In this document: positions 56,640 through 64,000 of the stretch, one piece after another
Layout: each line of letters starts with the position of its first letter
How positions within the stretch are numbered: position 1 is the first letter of the stretch
From: Epiperipatus broadwayi
Taxonomy: Eukaryota > Animalia > Onychophora
Reading direction: 5' to 3'
DNA: 64,000 nucleotides
Assembly (NCBI GenBank): GCA_028023455.1
Contig: JAQFVV010000001.1
Location: forward strand, 31,000,001-31,064,000
The notes under the pieces: generated by a model
Databases searched by the model: none
The model's input: the letters and a program-made list of their open reading frames with translations, nothing else
Told to the model about the DNA's origin: nothing
Made by a program: the position numbers and the translations under genes

Positions 56640-57989
56640 ATTCCTTTGTCATAAATATCACTTAAATCACTTTGGTAATTTACTTGGGTAATTCTACACT
56701 TGTGGCAACCACACCAAAGAACAAAATCAATGAAAAAGCTCTCTTCTTTCACCCCTTCATTTTTCTTTAATAATAAAAAATATATATAGCAGCCCAACTT
56801 CAAATTCACAATTTTGAACTAAATTTTGGCTGCGAATAATAAACTATTAAAATGACTTAATTTCTTTTTTAAGGATTTCCCCACAAGATGACAATGAATA
56901 ATTATTATTTAATTGTGAACTTTATAGTTAAAATTTACAACCAGATTAAATATACACACACTGTTGCACGTATACAATTATAATTAAACCTGTTTAATAT
57001 TTTAATCCTTAATTATTATTATTATTTTTTATAATTTAATTTCATGAAATATTTATTTCTAACTTATCAGTGTAAAATTATGACCACCCATTATCACTAT
57101 CTAACAGTTTTACAAGTCGCACATCTCCCTCCTTTTTTTCACTCAACTATTAAATGATGTATAAATCTTGCTTTTTTAAAATATATCTTTAATACCAAAT
57201 TGACCCATAAATTAATGTTAAATAAAACAATCTTTTGGTTAGAAATCTTTTAATGACAAATGTTCAGATTGCCTACCAAGTATACACAATCCCTATGAAT
57301 ATGGGTTAAAACCTAGCCTTGGCTAAAAATTTTGTTTATTAAAGAAAAAAAAATACAAACTATGAGGAAATTTTTTATTAAACCTTATCTTGCATAGTTA
57401 ATTCAAAAAATGGAGTCTTGGGCAAACCCAAGGGCTACAATATATATATATATAATAATGGTCCGAAATGAAGTGGAATCCCAGTCTTATCGTAATCTGC
57501 ACTACTGGGCATCACCAGGTTATTTCAACCTGGAAAATGTATAGAGTAGGCAGATACGTGCTGTTAAGATCCCACTTTATTTTATATTTAGACCATTAGC
57601 CCAAGTCACTAGCTCAGTGGAGACACAGAGATAATATATATAACCCATTTAATTTGTATCTTAAATATAAAAAAATAAAAGCCACTGCCAGTAATTAACA
57701 CACAAACAACATTTATTTACACACATATATAATCATTTTAAAATTTGAGGAATAACATTTATTATTTTAGATTTTAATATTCTTTTAATTTAAATTATTA
57801 TTTTAAGATTTTAAATCATCCACACAGATGAATTTTATATTTATTTTAAGATTGTCGAGTATGAATAAACTACATAGATTTGCATTTGAAAAGAAAATAT
57901 TCTATCCCTTATTTAACCTTAGGCCAAAAGTTCGCAGTCAAACTGGCATCAATCCATCTGATACATTGATGTTTTCAATGTAACATGAA

Positions 57990-58620
57990 AATACGACAGC
58001 ACAAAATACTATACTGTCAGGAATGTACATCTGAACAGTATGGTTAGAGAAGACATTGACTCTCAACCAAACAAGAATGTTACATCTGTCAGCAAGAAGA
58101 ACAATAAAAAACTCCATAGGAAGGGACTGCATTTCCTGTCTTACTATTCCCTTCCATAGGCAAAAAGGGGTGGGTGGCATATAATGGAGATCCTGCATGT
58201 AGCGAACCTCATACTACATCTACTAATTACACCAATATATCCAATCCATTGACCTAATTTAACTACAAGACAAATAGCCTAAGATTACTCTCCCCTAATT
58301 AATTAATATAACTTTACAAATCTATACAGCCATTCATGCCTAACTTAAATTTAACATTTATATAAGTTCACACAGATGGATTTATAAAAGTTTGTTTTTT
58401 AATGTTGAGCATAGATCGACTACATAGATTACACGCTCAAAAACATTTCAAAATAAACATAAATGATCAAAATATAAAGTCATTGATGTAATTACAGAGG
58501 GAATTCACAAGAAACCCAATGGCATTTATCATAAGATGCTGCATTGACGCCAATAACTAAAAAGACATCCGAATAAATACATTTTAGATATTCAACGTAA
58601 GATATCATTATTTACCGAAT
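57990..58620 (+). mobile_element. Possible Ty3/Gypsy integrase remnant
   Basis: Across frameshifts reads M..EDI...ECYICQQ...IPFHR..GV (cf. HHCC zinc finger CxxCQ and PFxRVGVD) and later a weak NG motif. Confidence 0.28.
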
Positions 58621-60532
58621 GTCTATATATTTTAATCAAATATGAAAACAAAAACATAATTAAATGTGAACGAATCTATGCAAGCATCAATACTCAACTT
58701 AAATTTAATGTATTTAAACAATTTATACAAATAAATATTAATAGAAATAAAAAAAAAAATGGAAATGATTTTTTTTTTTAAACTTAAATGTATAAAATCT
58801 AAACATTAATTATCAATTTGAAATTTGAAAGTCAGATAAGAGTTCATTTTAAAATTTAGGTTCTGAATATTAAAAGCTTATTTTTAAATTTTATAGTTCA
58901 TGTCTTACAGAAGGAGACTCCATGGTTCCTGGTGCCAATTCCCACGATGTCTCTATTTGATGTCCAGTCTGTTGTTTTGGAGGAGGCCTAATCTGGTTCA
59001 ATCCTGGTATTACAGTCATTTTATTTAAAATAAGTGAGAGAGAGAGTGTGACAAGTGCATCTTATCACTCTTCTCACAAAAATCAAGCTATAACTCCACT
59101 TAATTTCAATATTTTTCCTTTTATAGTACTCCTCCGGATTCATTGAACATTGTTTCCTCTTGCAATAATTTCTATTATGGTCTGGGCCTTCATTGCTGCT
59201 TCTATATTGGACATCTAATTTATTTTTTATTCTTTTATCTATATCTTTCAACTGATCTTTTTCTCTATAAAAGCCCCAAGGGCTAGTTTGCTTTTTAATT
59301 AATTTATAAAACAATCATTTCCATTTACAAAAATATTTTATCTATATCTTAACATACAATGGGAGATTGTTAGTTTTGTTTAATTATAACACTCTGAAGA
59401 TTAATTTTCTATTGTTATTGTGATTATAATATATGTGTATATCATTTTGTTATAAGTTATTTTAAATTAGATGTTAATGGTAATGTTTATTGTAATCATT
59501 TGTAATGAATATTATTAAAATTATTGTTTTGAAAGTTTTATCAAATTCTAAATGTTGCATTTCTTTTTTGGGCTCACTTTCACCACATCACACAAACTCA
59601 AAATGTACCATTGAAATTAAAATGAAAAGTCAATTCAGTTTAGAGCAATCTAACAGTTTAATAAGCACACTTCTCTTAATAGAGATTTTTACTTGCTGTA
59701 TGCTGCCTTGATTCCATAGGTCATTGATGACATTGCCAATTATTAAGGTGTGTTTATTAATATGAAATTAAACGATATATTAGTTATTAGTGAAAGTATT
59801 AGTGTTAATTATAGTTTAGTTAATAATATTATTTTAATAATAAGTATTAAAGAACATAAATATAAAGTTTGATTATAGATTTAAACTATAAGCCTTTCTT
59901 AATTGGTGGACTACCTTTGGAAATCTGTAAAATCCCTCTTGATATTCCATAGGTAGTATGAAGAACTAATAAATCAATGATTATCCTGAGATCTCCTTAT
60001 TGAAAAGTTATTCTTGTGATTATTGCCAATCTTAATTATCAAAAATAATAGGAATAAAAGTTTATCTGTAATGATCTAACAAATTAATTTAATGAGTGAT
60101 TGAATTAAAACTTAATAGTTATAGATATGATATAATATATTGGATATTATTGTTAGCCATGAGGATATATAGATGCTTAATAAGGAGGAGTATCTGGGTA
60201 TTCTCATGCCATTGAACAAATATTTTGTATTTTTTTAATGTTAAGGGGATGTGATCTGTTTATAGGTAAACAAGTCTCACATTAATTATATTTAAATATG
60301 TCTTATTTTAAAAATGGTAAATCAAGTAAAAATAACTTGGGATAAATACTAACCTTATCTAAATTCAATTGTTATAGTTAAATAAAAGGATCGGCATCTA
60401 TAAATGTTAATTAGAGGTCATTTAAAAAAGGATCCTTTTTTTGAATGCCTTGTCCGTCAGTTTACTTTGATTCTTAGCCGGAGGCAGTGCTTTCTAATTA
60501 AGTTGATTTAAATGCATAATTCCACACATTCA

Positions 60533-60534
<2 letters not shown>

Positions 60535-60568
<34 letters not shown>
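60535..60568. repeat. (TA)n microsatellite
   Basis: Directly visible. Confidence 0.95.
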
Positions 60569-60571
<3 letters not shown>

Positions 60572-62999
60572 GAGTTTAATATAAATATATATTAAATATA
60601 TAAATCCTTTGTTTAAGCTCTCTAACAAAGCAAAAAATTGCACAAATATAAAAGAAACAGTCTAAGAAAACTATGGCTTGCTAGCAACTCTCAAGATAAT
60701 ATTGCTTTTCCTAAACTTTTATATGAATAATCTATAGTGATATAGTATGTACCAATATTAGAATATTTTATTTTATAAATATTTTAATAAGCAGAAAAAC
60801 AGACATTTTGAAACTTTAAATTTTTAGTTTTTAAAGGTTATGTGTCAAAAGTTGTAAAAAGAGGATTTTATTATTGTATTTGGTTGGTAAAAAGTGTTCA
60901 ATATTTTATGGTAAGTAGAACTGTTATATAATTGTATTTTTATTATTTATAAATACAGATTTTTTGTATGTGTGGTTCTTGGGCATTCAAAAATATTTGA
61001 AAAGTATTATATGTTCTTGTCTACATTGTCATGTAGGGTTTTAAATTTAATTTATTTGATAACAAAAAAGAGTTGGTTTATTTTTTTAAGGGGGGGGGTA
61101 AAAAATAAGAGAGAAATGAAGAATTAAATAGAGGCAAAAGTAAAGAAATAAACGTTGTAATAGAGAAAATTCAAATTAATGTTAAGGATTTGAAAATACA
61201 GTACACTAGATTCATATATTGATAATAGCTAACACATATTAAAAGTGATTTCGGACAAAGAGTAGCTATGATTTATCGCACCGCAAATGTTTAATTAATA
61301 ACTCAACATTCGTAAATTATAATTTTAATGACTTATTAGGTTATATAAAGTAAATTTAACTTTCAAAAACTAAAATATTTATTTATGCACACTTTTAGTC
61401 TAATTATATATTGTAAAATTATTATGGCACATTTTTGCATAATTGTAAATGGTTAATTTTCTTGGCTTTCTTTTATATAGTTTGTCAAATACCTGCTTAA
61501 ATAACACTCTTTGTTTGGTTTTGTATTGTAATAGAATTACCTCTTTGTAATTATAAAAAGTTAGTACGTTTACATTACTACTTCAATTAAAAATATATAA
61601 AACTGCGCATGGTTTAGCATAATAGCGCGAATAAATTTTTTAAAAAGTCTTATTAGCTAATACAAGTGATAACAATAATGCATTATGATTAACAATAAAT
61701 AAGAACAAAAGATTATTTACATAAATATTCATATAAAATGTTTTGAGGTTAATAATAAATAAACAGAGCCAAGAAGTATAAAATAATTAACAATAAATGA
61801 ATTCTAATTATGTAAGAGCATACTGCAAGAAGTTCGATTTATTTAAGTTCAATTAATGGCTAATATAATAGTAATTAGACCAAATAAACAAGTATTTAAA
61901 GATGTAAATAAGTAAATGAATAAAATGACTAAAAATTAAGGATAGATTATGATTACCTAAGCGATTGCGCTAATTAAATAAGTTGTTTATTTATTTTTCA
62001 ATAATTATAATCGATGTTTCCTCTAAGAGTAGAAATGTTTCTGAGCTACAAATATAAGAACTAAGCATACTAAATCGCTAATGTGTAACAAAATATAACT
62101 GTTATTTGCATGTTTAAATGTAAAATAGTTTATATATAATGAAATATTGTAGAACATAAAAATAACAATAGAATTCAATAATAATAATTAGTCGTTTATT
62201 TTTTCACGTTGTTTTATGACATATAAATTTCGTCTAAGTTTATCTACTTTCCTGACAAGATATAATGCTTATTTTTTATTAAACTTATCCAAATTTTCGT
62301 TATATCGTTTATTATAGGACCTTTGATTTTATCACATTCAGTAAACTAAAACCACGTTTACAATTGGCGGCACTAAAAGCTTAAAAAAAAAAAGACAAAT
62401 ATCGAAAAGTGTTTTTATATTCTTGGCCTTTCAAATCACATGTAACTAAATATAAAAGTTTCAATTATTCCAATTCTACATTTTTAATTTACTAAAAATT
62501 TTGAAATTATTACACTATTTTAAGATTGTATCTAAGCTAATATGGTTTTTATCACTATTATTCATTATAGATTTATAATTTTATAAATAAATATTTTAGA
62601 CTATCTTTTTCATGATTTTGTTTAAATTATTTTTCATTACAAAAGAATTCAAGGCGTTTCAGTCATTTATATCTCCTCAGAAAATCTACTATCCAAATAA
62701 TTATGAAACAGTTGAATAAATTTTTCATGCCCCAAAAAAGTATTAATCTCTTGATTGCACTGATAAGAAGTTTTCAGCTCTGGAATACATCCTTCAAAAA
62801 CACCCACTGACCGATCACCATCTTCATATGGATATTTGTTTTTGCTCATAAATCAACTCCAAAGTGTTTATGATCAGGTGCCTTTTTTGTATGTTGGTAG
62901 ATACACCTATTGGAGTATTTATGACATGCTGTACCTGGATCTAACTGCTGATCCACAGTCACTAATGCTAAATATGAACAACAGTAGTTTGATATAGTG

Positions 63000-63450
63000 A
63001 TTCAAAAAATGGTCATTGGAATCCAAATTTTTTAGCTTTCTCTTAAGGCTAAATCTTCATGCCCTACCTACCTCCTATTTCCTTAAATATCACAGGTTTT
63101 ACACCAAAATTGATTATTTTTGTTCTTTGCATCACTGGGAAGAAGAAATGCAATAGCATCTATTCCACATCTGCACAGCTCTGACAAATCTCGAGAGATT
63201 ATGATTAACACATATAGACAAAAGAACATTACAGTTGATAACCTAATAGAAACACACAGCAAAAGCTCAATAGTGGTAGCCCATGCAGCAACTTTTTGTT
63301 TATATATTTTTTGATGCACTATCATCAGAAGGCACCCAGTCACATTCTTTAATAAGCTTGAACAACTTAAGGCCAGAGATGGCAAAATTGCACACCCAGA
63401 TATTTTTGCTGCTACATGGACACTATTAAAAACCTGAACCAGACCATAGC
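63000..63450 (+). mobile_element. Possible L1/Tx1 APE endonuclease remnant
   Basis: ORF 63120-63314 FASLGRRNAIA...SDKSREIMI resembles APE motifs FxSxGxxxGVAI and DxxGRxI. Confidence 0.33.
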
Positions 63451-64000
63451 CTTAAACAACTAATTGATTTTTGCTTTAATAAGAACTATTCTTTTTTTTT
63501 TTTATCACATATCACATTTTCAACAATCTTTTAAGAATCACATCTCTGTATTGAATAGTCCAATGGATATATTTAATTCAATCAAAAAGTATTTTAAACT
63601 GATGAACTAAACCCTCAAACAATGAAATATAATGATAGGCACACACACAGTTTACAAGTTTACATTTATCAAATCCTGCCTAACAATTTATTTGAACTGT
63701 ACCAATAATATTTATCTGTTTGTTCTGAATCAATGTAGTTTTCAACCATGTACTTTTACAATGTAATTCTTTATGAACAATAAAGTTTGATTTGAAACAT
63801 AAATTGAAGTATCAATGAAATATCTATATAATCACTGGAATCTAAAATTGTCTGAAAGACCACTCTCCAGCAAATGTTAGTTAGATGTTGCACTCTTAGT
63901 TTATTAATATTTGCAAAATTTTGTTGATGCTAGTAATTCTGCAAAAACCTTTTGAAGAATCACTTGTGCTACTTAATATAGTGGGTTTTTGAGAATTTTT

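Noticed and set aside
57484-57498. GTCTTATCGTAATCT resembling part of a flatworm spliced-leader sequence as I recall it
   Set aside because: The match is short and from memory, with no terminal ATG/GT donor or Sm site following.

Overview
Very AT-rich (roughly 25-28% GC by eye), CpG-poor eukaryotic DNA, most likely intergenic or large-intron sequence from a repeat-rich invertebrate. The species cannot be determined from the sequence. I find no intact protein-coding gene, rRNA, canonical tRNA or CRISPR array. Almost every ORF in the supplied track is a fragment of a decayed retroelement, an antisense shadow of one, or a microsatellite artefact. The window holds many decayed non-LTR retrotransposons. 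RTE-clade LINE pieces lie at about 12.35-14.85 kb (-), 15.8-17.5 kb (-), 21.3-22.4 kb (-), 38.26-39.9 kb (+) and 52.0-53.6 kb (-). L1/Tx1-clade elements lie at 33.9-38.26 kb (+, ORF1 with a CCHC knuckle, then APE and RT) and 49.15-51.8 kb (-). There are also weaker LINE, DNA-transposon and LTR remnants, microsatellites and local tandem duplications. The most unusual structure is a 1.23-kb insert at 30813-32038. It consists of head-to-tail copies of a hairpin-rich ~337-bp unit, flips orientation at a CACATGTG junction, and is bracketed by a 14-bp direct repeat. Also notable are a tRNA-like cloverleaf (20216-20292), a perfect 70-bp palindrome at an RTE tail, an apparent Tx1/RTE chimeric junction, and two CpG-retaining domains in a CpG-depleted background. 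All family calls come from manual translation and motif recall, not from database searches.
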